Source: Bacteroidales bacterium Bact_19 (GTDB lineage Bacteria > Bacteroidota > Bacteroidia > Bacteroidales > ML635J-15). Taken from it: a stretch of DNA of 64,000 bases. The DNA lies in contig LUZK01000002.1 of the NCBI GenBank assembly GCA_001603595.1, positions 2,884 through 66,883 of the forward strand. The letters are read 5' to 3'. The position numbers were made by a program, and so were the translations under genes. Positions 21,748 through 31,065 of the stretch are shown piece by piece; position 1 is the stretch's first letter, and the number at the start of each line of letters is the position of its first letter. A model generated the notes under the pieces. The model worked only from the letters and a program-made list of their open reading frames with translations, did no database searches and had not been told where the DNA came from.

Positions 21748-21837
21748 GGAGAAATGGCAGAGTGGTCGAATGCGGCGGTCTTGAAAACCGTTGAGCTCGC
21801 GAGGGCTCCGGGGGTTCGAATCCCTCTTTCTCCGCCA
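21748..21837 (+). tRNA. tRNA-Ser (anticodon UGA), CCA encoded
   Basis: Manual fold. Acceptor is GGAGAAA/TTTCTCC, anticodon stem GCGGT/ACCGT with loop CTTGAAA, long variable arm GAGCTCGCGAGGGCTCC, T arm GGGGG-TTCGAAT-CCCTC, then GCCA. Confidence 0.88.
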
Positions 21838-21842
21838 AGCTT

Positions 21843-21872
21843 AAAACCCATCGCTAAGGCGATGGGTTTTTT
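21843..21872 (+). terminator. intrinsic terminator after tRNA-Ser
   Basis: ACCCATCGC-TAAG-GCGATGGGT followed by T-run. Confidence 0.6.
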
Positions 21873-21876
21873 GTTT

Positions 21877-21962
21877 GTTCAAATCAGCCAAAAACCGCGT
21901 TTTTGAAGCGGATTTGAACAAGCTTAAAACCAGCGAACGCAGTTCGCGGTGGTTTTAAGCTT
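21877..21962. repeat. two further consecutive perfect or near-perfect hairpins
   Basis: GTTCAAATC...GATTTGAAC (21877-21919, with inner CCGC/GCGG) and AAGCTTAAAACCAGCGAAC-GCA-GTTCGCGGTGGTTTTAAGCTT (21920-21962). Confidence 0.6.
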
Positions 21963-22301
21963 GAATGCCTCCCCCTACGGGATCACAAATTTTGGCAACA
22001 AAATTTGTAATCCCAATCCTAATGCGATTTATAGATTTTGCGAAGCTAAATTCATAAGAGCACACAAATCTCTTCGCTCCAAAAATTATATAAACCTCTG
22101 CCAATACAGCTTCAAACCCTTTTATCCTCAAGCTCTTTCCAAATCTTAACATAGGATATTAACCTACACTCACACTCTACTAAACTTGGCTTAACGCCCT
22201 TAAAACTCTATCGTAGTAAAATTACCGACAAAAGTATTTAATCTTATTATAACAACACGCTCGGCGGAACAGTAAACAAACCAATCCGCAGAACAAAATA
22301 C

Positions 22302-22490
22302 TTGAAGATATGCTGGATGTGCGGATCTCCATATGAAAACTTTAAATCGAGTTCTTACGCTTGTTCTCAAAGGTGTACTAACAACCTGGCGTATGCTCTT
22401 AATAATGGCTACGCTCCACCAGCCAATATGGAGGAGCTGACAAAGGCGAAAAATGTGAAGGAGGTGGTTAAGGGATGGATTGGGGAATGA
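22302..22490 (+). CDS. small Cys-rich hypothetical protein (possible zinc ribbon)
   Basis: CWMCG...CSQRC gives four Cys. No other support; the ORF could be spurious. Confidence 0.25.
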   Translation: MKICWMCGSPYENFKSSSYACSQRCTNNLAYALNNGYAPPANMEELTKAKNVKEVVKGWIGE

Positions 22491-22669
22491 AAAAAGCTCC
22501 ATCACAATTTTTACAGAGGCCTTAAAAAGTTGAATGAATTACTTGTACTTTACATATTAAGTTGCTTTATTGAATCTTCAATCAAACTGGCACTTAAATA
22601 TTCAAATAGTACTTTAAAAAGTAAAGAATCATCATTGCTACCGTAATTAAACTTACAACACTTAATTAC

Positions 22670-24568
22670 TCATCTTGATATTACAATTGTTGTAGACAAC
22701 ACATTATCATCTTTGTAGATATTTAGGGCATATAAACCAGAAGTTAAATCAGAATTAATAACAATTTCATCACTAAATTCATATTCTTTACTAAATACAA
22801 TTGCACCAAGAGAATTAATAATTTCTATTTTAACATTTTTTTCTAATGGTTCTATCATCTTTATAATAAAATCCCCACTATTCGGATTCGGATAAACACT
22901 AATGTTATCTGATAATGGAATTTTGTCAATATTTTCACTGCTATTTTTTTTAAATGAAGCACATGTAAATGGTTCTATAGCTCTTATAGAAACATTGCTT
23001 CCCGTTAAAATACTAGTGTTATTTTGAATTGCAATTGACTCTCCAAAGTAACCAATTTCTGCATCTTCTGAATATGTTACTATACAATTATTGCCACCAA
23101 TTAATATGTTAGAACTGTATATATCACTTCGAAAATTGTTAATAACTTCTGAACACTGATTGAAATTTGATTGAAAACTAATTATTCCAAATAATTCAGC
23201 TTCCCCTGGGTCAAGAACAATAGTTTTATTGTTACAATCTAAACTGAAAGTTATGTTCAAAACATCAAACAAATCTAGTGATTGATTAAAATTTATATCA
23301 ATAGTTTGTTGCGTTGTAAGACTTTTATTAAATACCCAAAAATACACGTTATTATATTCATCTTTCAAAAAGGAGACAGCTATATTGGTTAAGGAAGAAC
23401 CACTATTTGCAACTATTGGATTTGATATATCGAAATATGTCTGAACGATTGGCTCATTTTGAAACATTGACCAAGCAGACTGTGAAGGGATCTCGTCAAA
23501 GTTGCCGATTACTACAGTAGATTGATTTGTTACATGATATGCGCTTATAAACTCTAAACTTGTTAATACATCTCCAGCATTAATTAATTTATTGTGCAAA
23601 TCCACTAAGTCGCTAATAAACACATCATCATATACATTATCCCATCTATTCATGCATAAATTACAATTGGTGGATATGCCAGGATAGTAGCTGCCTCCTC
23701 CACAACTAGCCTCTCTTGCCCAATAAAATATGCCTTTTGCTCCATAAAATACATTAGCAAAAATTTGATAGCGAAATTCCGCTAATGAAATTGCTAAAGG
23801 ATAAGTCTCTAGGCTAGGGGCTAACATCATTGTAAAAGGTAAATCATATTGTGCTGATTTTCTGGCAAATATATCTAAATTATAAAAATATCTATATTTA
23901 TTAGTAGGGTTAACAAATGGATAAAAATCCCCAATAAGAATATTTGGACTAGTATTTAAAATATAAGCATCAACATAAGATTCGTATTCTAACATTGTTG
24001 GAAGAGATCCTGGTATACCAAATAACTGTTCATAATTAGCATACGAAGGATAAAGTGTCGCCAATCGATAATGTGAAGAGTTATTATCTGCAATATCACC
24101 ATAAAACCAAGATATTTCGCTAAACTTTGGCTGTGATGGTTCATCTATGACATGCCATCCAATTACAGCAGGATGATCTCCCCAGTATTGTAAACCGCTT
24201 TGGCAAAGTGTACTATTGTATGATGAACCAGGTGCTAAATACCAATTTATATTAACTTCCGGGCAATTTAAAATGACATCTAAATTCAATAATTCAGCCC
24301 GATCCAAAAATTCTTTTGATGGAAGTGTAGTAACCCATTTCGTTGGACACTTTAGAAGATTGTGATATGGTAGAATAAGATTAAACTTTTGATCAGATAA
24401 AGTTTTTAGGTAATTATAATCTAATCCTTCAGTAATCTCGGTACCTGGAATTGCATAACTTGCATTATCAAAATCATAAACGCCGATTCCAATAAAAAAC
24501 TTTTTTTCTTGCGAGTGTGAAAAATTACTTATTAAAATTAATAAGAATAAATAGTATAATTTTTTCAT
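22670..24568 (-). CDS. secreted protein with T9SS C-terminal sorting domain (N-terminal part possibly glycosidase-like)
   Basis: Has a signal peptide. The C-terminus is VYPNPNSGDFIIKM...SGLYALNIY... The catalytic assignment is not supportable by eye. Confidence 0.65.
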   Translation of the reverse strand: MKKLYYLFLLILISNFSHSQEKKFFIGIGVYDFDNASYAIPGTEITEGLDYNYLKTLSDQKFNLILPYHNLLKCPTKWVTTLPSKEFLDRAELLNLDVILNCPEVNINWYLAPGSSYNSTLCQSGLQYWGDHPAVIGWHVIDEPSQPKFSEISWFYGDIADNNSSHYRLATLYPSYANYEQLFGIPGSLPTMLEYESYVDAYILNTSPNILIGDFYPFVNPTNKYRYFYNLDIFARKSAQYDLPFTMMLAPSLETYPLAISLAEFRYQIFANVFYGAKGIFYWAREASCGGGSYYPGISTNCNLCMNRWDNVYDDVFISDLVDLHNKLINAGDVLTSLEFISAYHVTNQSTVVIGNFDEIPSQSAWSMFQNEPIVQTYFDISNPIVANSGSSLTNIAVSFLKDEYNNVYFWVFNKSLTTQQTIDINFNQSLDLFDVLNITFSLDCNNKTIVLDPGEAELFGIISFQSNFNQCSEVINNFRSDIYSSNILIGGNNCIVTYSEDAEIGYFGESIAIQNNTSILTGSNVSIRAIEPFTCASFKKNSSENIDKIPLSDNISVYPNPNSGDFIIKMIEPLEKNVKIEIINSLGAIVFSKEYEFSDEIVINSDLTSGLYALNIYKDDNVLSTTIVISR

Positions 24569-24645
24569 AACGATTGTAATAATTACTATTTAACTTGTTG
24601 TTGGACATTATCAATTTCTAACTTTAGTCTCGAAACTTCTTTATT

Positions 24646-25710
24646 TTAGTCGATAATGTACAACGTTAATTCCTCAATTTTTTTCAACAATAAAGAATTC
24701 ATTTCACCAATTTCCACACCATTTTCTTTAATTTGTTCAGCGTTTGGTACAGAAGGAAGATGCCCATTTTCTTTTATATATAATTCAACATCACTTAGTT
24801 GCATTATATTGTAATCATTTGAAAAAACATAGTCTGGCCAACTTGATTGTAGCTTAATAACAAGCTCTTCAGCAATTATTTTCCCTCCAACAGCTAATTT
24901 GTATCCAGATGGAACTACATATTGGCTCCCATCATTACCATAATTAGTGGAAGATATTCCAATTGCAACAGCTCCATTTCCTTGTAAAATTAATGGCGTA
25001 GTCCATGAGTTTCCAGTTCTAAAAAACAGATTGTCTTTATAGTCAATGAATGCATGGCTTGCATCCGGTGCATAATGAATTCTTATCCCATCTGTGTCTA
25101 AACCTAAATCTGCTTTCCCAATAGCAATGTTTGCCCCTACTGGAAATGTGAGGTTTGTGAAGATATGAACTGTTCCATTGCCTTTTATCTCCATTCGATT
25201 AAGGTTATATGTTCTTAAAAAGAACGAAGAGTTTGTAGTCGTTCCAATAAAAGAATTAGGAGTGTAAAATCTTATATTTCCAGCAATAGTTAGTTTCTCA
25301 CTGTTGGCAGATGTTCCAATACTCAATGTTCCTGAAGACGGAATATAGATCAAACCAGTGCTCGTCATTCTCATTCTTTCCGTACCATTTGTAGAAAATG
25401 ACATATTATTTGGAGATAGCATATACATGCCAGTTGAGGTAGAGTTTGTAAATGAGTAACTAGGATCATTAGCACTACCATTTGGATAAAATATTTGTTC
25501 GTCGGTAATTCTTGGTACCCCAGCAAATTTTATTGCTCCTGATAAATTAATATTCCCACTCACATCAAGCTGCTCAGTGGGATCATCAGTGCCAAGTCCT
25601 AACGGCCCTGAAGGTGGGTATGGGTATGTGTTTGTCTGAGAAAACATTTTACCTCCACTTGTAGAAAAAGCGATTAAAATGATTATTAATGTAAAATAGT
25701 TTAATTTCAT
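24646..25710 (-). CDS. secreted tail-fibre-like repeat protein
   Basis: Has a signal peptide and low-complexity beta repeats. The conserved C-terminal module ...WPDYVF...L..VE.YIKENGHLP..P.A......G..IGEMN..LLKKIEELTLYI recurs in Bacteroidota fibre-like proteins. Confidence 0.5.
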   Translation of the reverse strand: MKLNYFTLIIILIAFSTSGGKMFSQTNTYPYPPSGPLGLGTDDPTEQLDVSGNINLSGAIKFAGVPRITDEQIFYPNGSANDPSYSFTNSTSTGMYMLSPNNMSFSTNGTERMRMTSTGLIYIPSSGTLSIGTSANSEKLTIAGNIRFYTPNSFIGTTTNSSFFLRTYNLNRMEIKGNGTVHIFTNLTFPVGANIAIGKADLGLDTDGIRIHYAPDASHAFIDYKDNLFFRTGNSWTTPLILQGNGAVAIGISSTNYGNDGSQYVVPSGYKLAVGGKIIAEELVIKLQSSWPDYVFSNDYNIMQLSDVELYIKENGHLPSVPNAEQIKENGVEIGEMNSLLLKKIEELTLYIID

Positions 25711-26090
25711 ATTATAGGTCTTAAAGTTTATAAATACAAATGTAATAACTATTTTTTACTTTTATTATGTAAATCTGAAAATTATATATGAAACACAAAT
25801 GAATATACATTAATCATATTAAATTATTTATAAGTATTATTAATAGTCTATCTGTATTTAAAATGATGACATAAAAGCGATTAAAACTAATATCTCAGTT
25901 ATTAAAAATATGTAGTGATATAACTAATTTGATTGGACGGTACTGACAATTTTTAAATTCTGTCAGTTTTTGTGGTAGTTAAAAATTAAGTAAAAATAGT
26001 ATAAATAGTAATAATAACAAAAGACTTTTTATGCGAATTTTGTTTTAGTCTTTCCTTTGTAAAGAATTCATTTTTTTATAAATTTGCAAA

Positions 26091-26882
26091 ATGAAAAGAA
26101 AGCTAATAATTATCATTCGCAAGCTTGGCTTATCAATGCTGGCCGACAAATGCAGGTTCCATTTGCACAAGATTAAATATCGTAAAAATATTTCTGACTT
26201 TTTTAAAACCAATGATGGAGTGCCAATGCCTCCGGCATATTTCATTTACGAAACTTATAGGTTAAACTATAATGGGTATTATTTTGGTGGTAAAGAAACA
26301 GCTCAGGAATTAGCAAAAACATTTTCAAAGTATGTTGATACTTCAAATTGCAGAATTCTGGATTGGGGTTGCGGTCCGGGTAGAATAGTAAGGCATTTGC
26401 CCGAAATATTACCAGCATCAGAAGTTTATGGATCAGACTACAATAAAGCATATATTGAATGGTGTAGTTCAAATCTGAAAAATGTCAAATTTATAACCAA
26501 TGAGCTTGCTCCACCGATCGATTTTCAAGATTCGTTTTTCGATGTTATTTATGGGATTTCGATTTTTACCCATTTATCAAAGGAAATGCACTATGCTTGG
26601 GCAACTGAGTTGCTAAGGATTCTAAAGCCAGGTGGAATACTTTATCTGACGATGCATGGAGAAGTTTTTAGAACAAAACTTATTGATGCCGACAAACTTA
26701 TTTTCGACAAGGGGCAATTAGTTTGTCAGACTACTTCAAAAGAGGGACATCGAACTTATGGTGCTTTTCAACCACCTTTCTTTGTGAGAAAACTTTTCAA
26801 ATCTGCTTCTGAAATAATTCATTTCCCGGGAACTGATAATAATGGCTCATTGACACAGGATGTCTGGATAATTAAAAAGTGA
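26091..26882 (+). CDS. class I SAM-dependent methyltransferase
   Basis: Motif I is ILDWGCGPGR and the post-I region is ...VYGSDYN... Length is 263 aa. Confidence 0.75.
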   Translation: MKRKLIIIIRKLGLSMLADKCRFHLHKIKYRKNISDFFKTNDGVPMPPAYFIYETYRLNYNGYYFGGKETAQELAKTFSKYVDTSNCRILDWGCGPGRIVRHLPEILPASEVYGSDYNKAYIEWCSSNLKNVKFITNELAPPIDFQDSFFDVIYGISIFTHLSKEMHYAWATELLRILKPGGILYLTMHGEVFRTKLIDADKLIFDKGQLVCQTTSKEGHRTYGAFQPPFFVRKLFKSASEIIHFPGTDNNGSLTQDVWIIKK

Positions 26883-26958
26883 ATTTTTTAATTTAAGTTG
26901 CTACTCTAATTTTACTATTAAATTCTAAAAACCTCTGATTTTACATTTTATATTATCT

Positions 26959-27261
26959 TTACCTCGGCCACCCCCTCCAAACCACCACCAAAAACAAAAT
27001 CCCCAATCCAATTAGGATAAAGAATCTATAGTTATACAAACCAAAGAAATTAAATGCTCCATTTTCGGACTCAGGAGCATTATTTTTTACAATTATCTTT
27101 TCCACCGCCACTTCCTTCACCACAACCACAGTATCAGCCTCTCTCTCAGCTTCCACATAAACAGTATCGTGAACTCGATGGAGCTTGATTTTTAGCTTTT
27201 CTTTGGTAAAGAAAACTGTATCGGTTAAGGGATTGGATTGGGGGATGATGACTTGTTGAGA
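26959..27261 (-). pseudogene. 5'-truncated copy of the 155-aa lipoprotein gene at 36457-36924
   Basis: About 290 nt align by eye with 36457-36760 at high identity, in the same orientation. The frame is open (...TKEKLKIKLHRVHDTVYVEAEREADTVVVVKE...VVWRGWPR). The signal peptide and start are missing, and the copy abuts the stop codon of the T9SS gene at 27265. Confidence 0.7.
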
Positions 27262-27264
27262 AAC

Positions 27265-29184
27265 CTATTGCTTCTCAAAACTTTTCACGATTACATTTCC
27301 ATCTCCATCAATTATTTTGATTTGGTAAACACCACTGGTAAAATCCTTAATATTAATTACCGTCAAATCATTTGAAAGTTGCATTGTTTTCACGAGTTGC
27401 CCCACAGAATTATATATATCACAGCTAACTGCAAGGTGGTTGAGCGGAGCCGAAACCACCATTCCAGTGATATCCAAATACAAATTATCCACAGCAGGAT
27501 TCGGATATATATTTACTGAATTAATTTCTTCTTCAGCAATTCCACTCCCGCAATCATTCACAAACACATCTTTCAATATCATTTTGCTTTCACCATATGC
27601 ATCGGTTACCATAATTGTGATTTGTTGACTGCCTGAAGTATGTGGTGTGTAAAACTCTACAGGTTTTGCAATACAATGTCCCCATTCGTGATTGGTAAGT
27701 GTGGCTTCGGAAATTAGTTCAGAATAATACTCTATCCCACCAATTTCAAAACTTGTTTCAGATAAACCAATCTCAATAGGAACAAACAGTGGTGGATAAT
27801 ATATGCTGTCAATAACCTGACCGACACTAGTTTCAATTGTGTATGGTGCCGATTTTCCAGAAATGTAAGCATAAACTGTAATTGTATCGTTACAGTTTAC
27901 TGTCTCGGGCAAAATAATATCAATATTCAGCTCGGGAGGTTCTGTATAGCATAAACCATCAATACCAAGACTATCAGTTTTTACCAGCCAGGCTTGCTGA
28001 GGAGGATTATAGCCTTGCCTGTCGTACTCATTCCCATATCCTGCAATAATAAAACCACCGTCACAAGTGTTTTTTATTGATTTTAACCATTGGTAAGTGC
28101 TCGTGGTGTCAATAGCATAATACTCTCTGTTCCAGCAAATATCGCCGATTTCTGTAATTTTCTGTAAATAGCCTCTTGATCCTCCATAATTAGTCCTGCT
28201 ATTCCCTAATACATATAAATCTTCATTTTTATAAATAAGTGATGCTATAAAGCATTCAATCTTATCAGATGTCGTGTTAGATAACCTATAATATGATCTG
28301 TAGTATTTCGTCCACATCAGATCTCCATCTCTGGAAACTTTTCTCAGGCATCCATCGAAATAATTGTTACCGGCAGCTTCAAATGCAGGATAGCCACCAC
28401 AAGCAATATAATTTGAATCTTGTGTCTCTATTATACCTGATACAGAACCATCATAACGGCTGCCGCTACCATAACCTCTCTCCCAAATTACATCGCCGGC
28501 AGTGTCTACCTTTATCAAATACCAGTCTTCGTCTGTTACTGTTGTGGGAAAACTGAAAGTGTGGCCTCCTATTAAAACACAAGAGTCTGTTGTAACTATT
28601 ATTTGTCTGCCTGACTCATTTCTCTGCCCATATGATCTCTCCCAAACAAAATTTCCTTGTTCATCAGTTTTAACTAAATACATAAAAGCATCGTCTAATT
28701 CAGAGCTATATATTTGACCTGTAATAAAGAAATCTCCATTAATAAATTGTGTCAAATTGAATCCCTTTTTCCATACGTCATCTTGATTTATTATAGCACA
28801 TTTTACAGAATCAAACACATTGTCAAATTTGTATAAGTATAGGCCGTGATAATAATTTACCTCGTTGATAATAGCTCCAGCAGAATAAAAATTTCCACCA
28901 TCAGATATTAAACTATTAGAAAAACCCTCCCAAAACTGGTTCTCATTATTTCCGTTTACCTTTTTCCAAACGATGTTTCCTTCAAGATCAATATACCTAA
29001 GTGCAAATGTTCTAACTCCAGTTGAGTTCCCTGTACCTGTCATTAAAACATAGCCTGTATCCAGAGACAAAACACTACTTGTGATATGGGCTATTGTATC
29101 CTCAATGATTTTATTGAAAACTACTTGAGAATACAACCCAAATGTGCTAAAGCATAATAATATAATTAAAAAAATCCTTTTCAT
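27265..29184 (-). CDS. secreted repeat (beta-propeller-like) protein with T9SS C-terminal sorting domain
   Basis: Signal peptide starts at MKRIFLIILLCFS. The C-terminus is VNIYPNPAVDNLYLDI...GVYQIKII... Confidence 0.7.
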   Translation of the reverse strand: MKRIFLIILLCFSTFGLYSQVVFNKIIEDTIAHITSSVLSLDTGYVLMTGTGNSTGVRTFALRYIDLEGNIVWKKVNGNNENQFWEGFSNSLISDGGNFYSAGAIINEVNYYHGLYLYKFDNVFDSVKCAIINQDDVWKKGFNLTQFINGDFFITGQIYSSELDDAFMYLVKTDEQGNFVWERSYGQRNESGRQIIVTTDSCVLIGGHTFSFPTTVTDEDWYLIKVDTAGDVIWERGYGSGSRYDGSVSGIIETQDSNYIACGGYPAFEAAGNNYFDGCLRKVSRDGDLMWTKYYRSYYRLSNTTSDKIECFIASLIYKNEDLYVLGNSRTNYGGSRGYLQKITEIGDICWNREYYAIDTTSTYQWLKSIKNTCDGGFIIAGYGNEYDRQGYNPPQQAWLVKTDSLGIDGLCYTEPPELNIDIILPETVNCNDTITVYAYISGKSAPYTIETSVGQVIDSIYYPPLFVPIEIGLSETSFEIGGIEYYSELISEATLTNHEWGHCIAKPVEFYTPHTSGSQQITIMVTDAYGESKMILKDVFVNDCGSGIAEEEINSVNIYPNPAVDNLYLDITGMVVSAPLNHLAVSCDIYNSVGQLVKTMQLSNDLTVINIKDFTSGVYQIKIIDGDGNVIVKSFEKQ

Positions 29185-29212
29185 AACACAAATATACACA
29201 ATTCTGAAACAC

Positions 29213-31050
29213 AAAGAGGCTGTCTAAAAAGGCGGCTTTTTTATTTTTATCAAATTTAGCATTTTTATCGTTTGATTTATTGACGAGCAGAATTTCGTGA
29301 ATAAATTGTTAATATCCACTAATTTTAAGACAAATTTCCAATTCCAGTCTAAATAGACAGACTTATTTAGAACAAACATCAAGAAAACACGACTAAGCAG
29401 CCATTTTTCTTAAATTATGAGCAATAGCCATCAATCCAAACTCAATGTTTACTTTTTCTAGGCCTCTGAGAGTAAATCTGTTGAACTTGTTATTCGACTT
29501 TAATTGCCCAAAAACAGCTTCGGGTTCTACAGGCCTTTTGCTTCTATGATATAACCCTTTTTCATTTGTTAGATTTTCTCTCGCTTTTGCTTTAAGTTGA
29601 TTCAATCGATGATTTACTTCAATCTGTCTGTCGCCAGATGCCTTGTGGCACATTGCTCTTAATGGGCAACCCTGACAATTGGAAGCTTTGTAAAATGTTA
29701 CGTTAGATTTATAGCCATTATCAGATATTCTAATGCCTTGTCCGATGTTAACTAGGTGCTGTCCCATGGGGCAAACATAATAATCTTCATCGCTATTGTA
29801 GAATAAGTTTTGCACTGAAAATATATTATTTTTGGCTTTCCGCTTTTGCTCGATGTGAAAGTAACTGTACTTTACATAAGCTTCAATATTCTTACTCTCA
29901 AGAAGTTCAAAGTTCTGCTCACTACCATATCCAGCATCAGCAACAACTTCTTTGCTTTGCTTTCTGTGCAGTTGCTCGAAAGATGTTAAGTGACTTGTAA
30001 ATGTTGTAGTATCGCCAGGTGTTTGATGGATACTAAAATGCGTTATGAATTGGTTCTCTGTTGATATTTGGGGATTGTAACATGGCTTTAGCTGGCCGTT
30101 CATCATGTGGTCTTCTTTTGTCCTCATAAAGGTAGCATCATGATCTGTTTTGCTAAAGCTATTGCGATTTCCCATTATATCAAGCTGACTTTCATATTTT
30201 TCTAATCTTGGTAAAAGTTCATGCTGAAGCTCATGTAATTGTTTCTCCGTTGCTTTGTCTTTTTGTTTCAACTTCTTGTTTAGCTCTGAAAGACGATTCT
30301 TTATCTCTTCCGAGTCAATTGGTTTTTTTACTTCTTCTTTATTGGGTTCACTGGAGTCTTCCTTTATTTGATTATCAATATCATCAAGTATTGAAGCAAT
30401 TTTGTTTTCCAACTTTGCCTTGTTTTTCTCTACTGATCCACGCCAAACAAAAGTGTATTTGTTCGATGCTGACTCAATCTTTGTCCCATCAATATACTGT
30501 ACTTCAAGACTTACATAACCGCACTCTTGCAATATCTTAACAATTTCTGCAAACAACTTGTGTATCTCTTTTTTTAATCTTTTCCCTCGGAACATATTGA
30601 TTGTTCTAAAATCTGGATATGATTTTCCTGACAACCACATAAAGTAAATGTTTTCTTGAAGTGCTTTTTCAATCTTTCGACAAGAATAAATATTGCTTAA
30701 GTAACTGTAAAACAGAACTTTAATCATCATCCTTGGGTGAAAACTACTTGTGCCTCCTCCTGCATACTGCTGGAGAATACTGCTTATGTCTAATTGATCA
30801 ACTACTTGATTTACCAACCTTACTGGATGATTTGCTGGTATCAAATCAGAAATATTTTCCGGGAAAAGTACAATTTGATTGCTTGCTAATTCTTTAAATA
30901 TTACCTTTGCCATAGCTTTGTTGTTTCAACACTAAATTAATAAAATTTAGTGATACTGAGCCGGTTGCAGCAGAAATGTTGCAACCTTTTTACTAACAAC
31001 AAATTATTAATAAAAAAAAGCTGCCTAATTACTTTTTAGACAGCCTCTTT
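29213..31050 (-). mobile_element. IS1182-family (IS5 group) insertion sequence
   Basis: Perfect 19-bp terminal inverted repeats AAAGAGGCTGTCTAAAAAG (29213-29231) and CTTTTTAGACAGCCTCTTT (31032-31050). They continue imperfectly inward (GGCGGCTTTTTT / AAAAAAGCTGCC) and enclose a single transposase gene. Confidence 0.8.
29393..30913 (-). CDS. IS1182-family DDE transposase
   Basis: The N-terminal DUF772-like region is ...PANHPVRLVNQVVDQLD...GGTSSFHPRMMIKVLFYSYL..IYSCRKIE.A..ENI.FMWL. The C-terminal region is FGQLKSNNKFNRFTLRGLEKVNIEFGLMAIAHNLRK. Confidence 0.85.
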   Translation of the reverse strand: MAKVIFKELASNQIVLFPENISDLIPANHPVRLVNQVVDQLDISSILQQYAGGGTSSFHPRMMIKVLFYSYLSNIYSCRKIEKALQENIYFMWLSGKSYPDFRTINMFRGKRLKKEIHKLFAEIVKILQECGYVSLEVQYIDGTKIESASNKYTFVWRGSVEKNKAKLENKIASILDDIDNQIKEDSSEPNKEEVKKPIDSEEIKNRLSELNKKLKQKDKATEKQLHELQHELLPRLEKYESQLDIMGNRNSFSKTDHDATFMRTKEDHMMNGQLKPCYNPQISTENQFITHFSIHQTPGDTTTFTSHLTSFEQLHRKQSKEVVADAGYGSEQNFELLESKNIEAYVKYSYFHIEQKRKAKNNIFSVQNLFYNSDEDYYVCPMGQHLVNIGQGIRISDNGYKSNVTFYKASNCQGCPLRAMCHKASGDRQIEVNHRLNQLKAKARENLTNEKGLYHRSKRPVEPEAVFGQLKSNNKFNRFTLRGLEKVNIEFGLMAIAHNLRKMAA

Positions 31051-31065
31051 AATATAAACTTTAAT

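Noticed and set aside
21715-22152. ORFs 21715-21906 (+), 21949-22149 (+) and 21955-22152 (-).
   Set aside because: The first overlaps tRNA-Ser and its terminator. The other two are antisense to each other across the hairpin stack. They are most likely non-coding.
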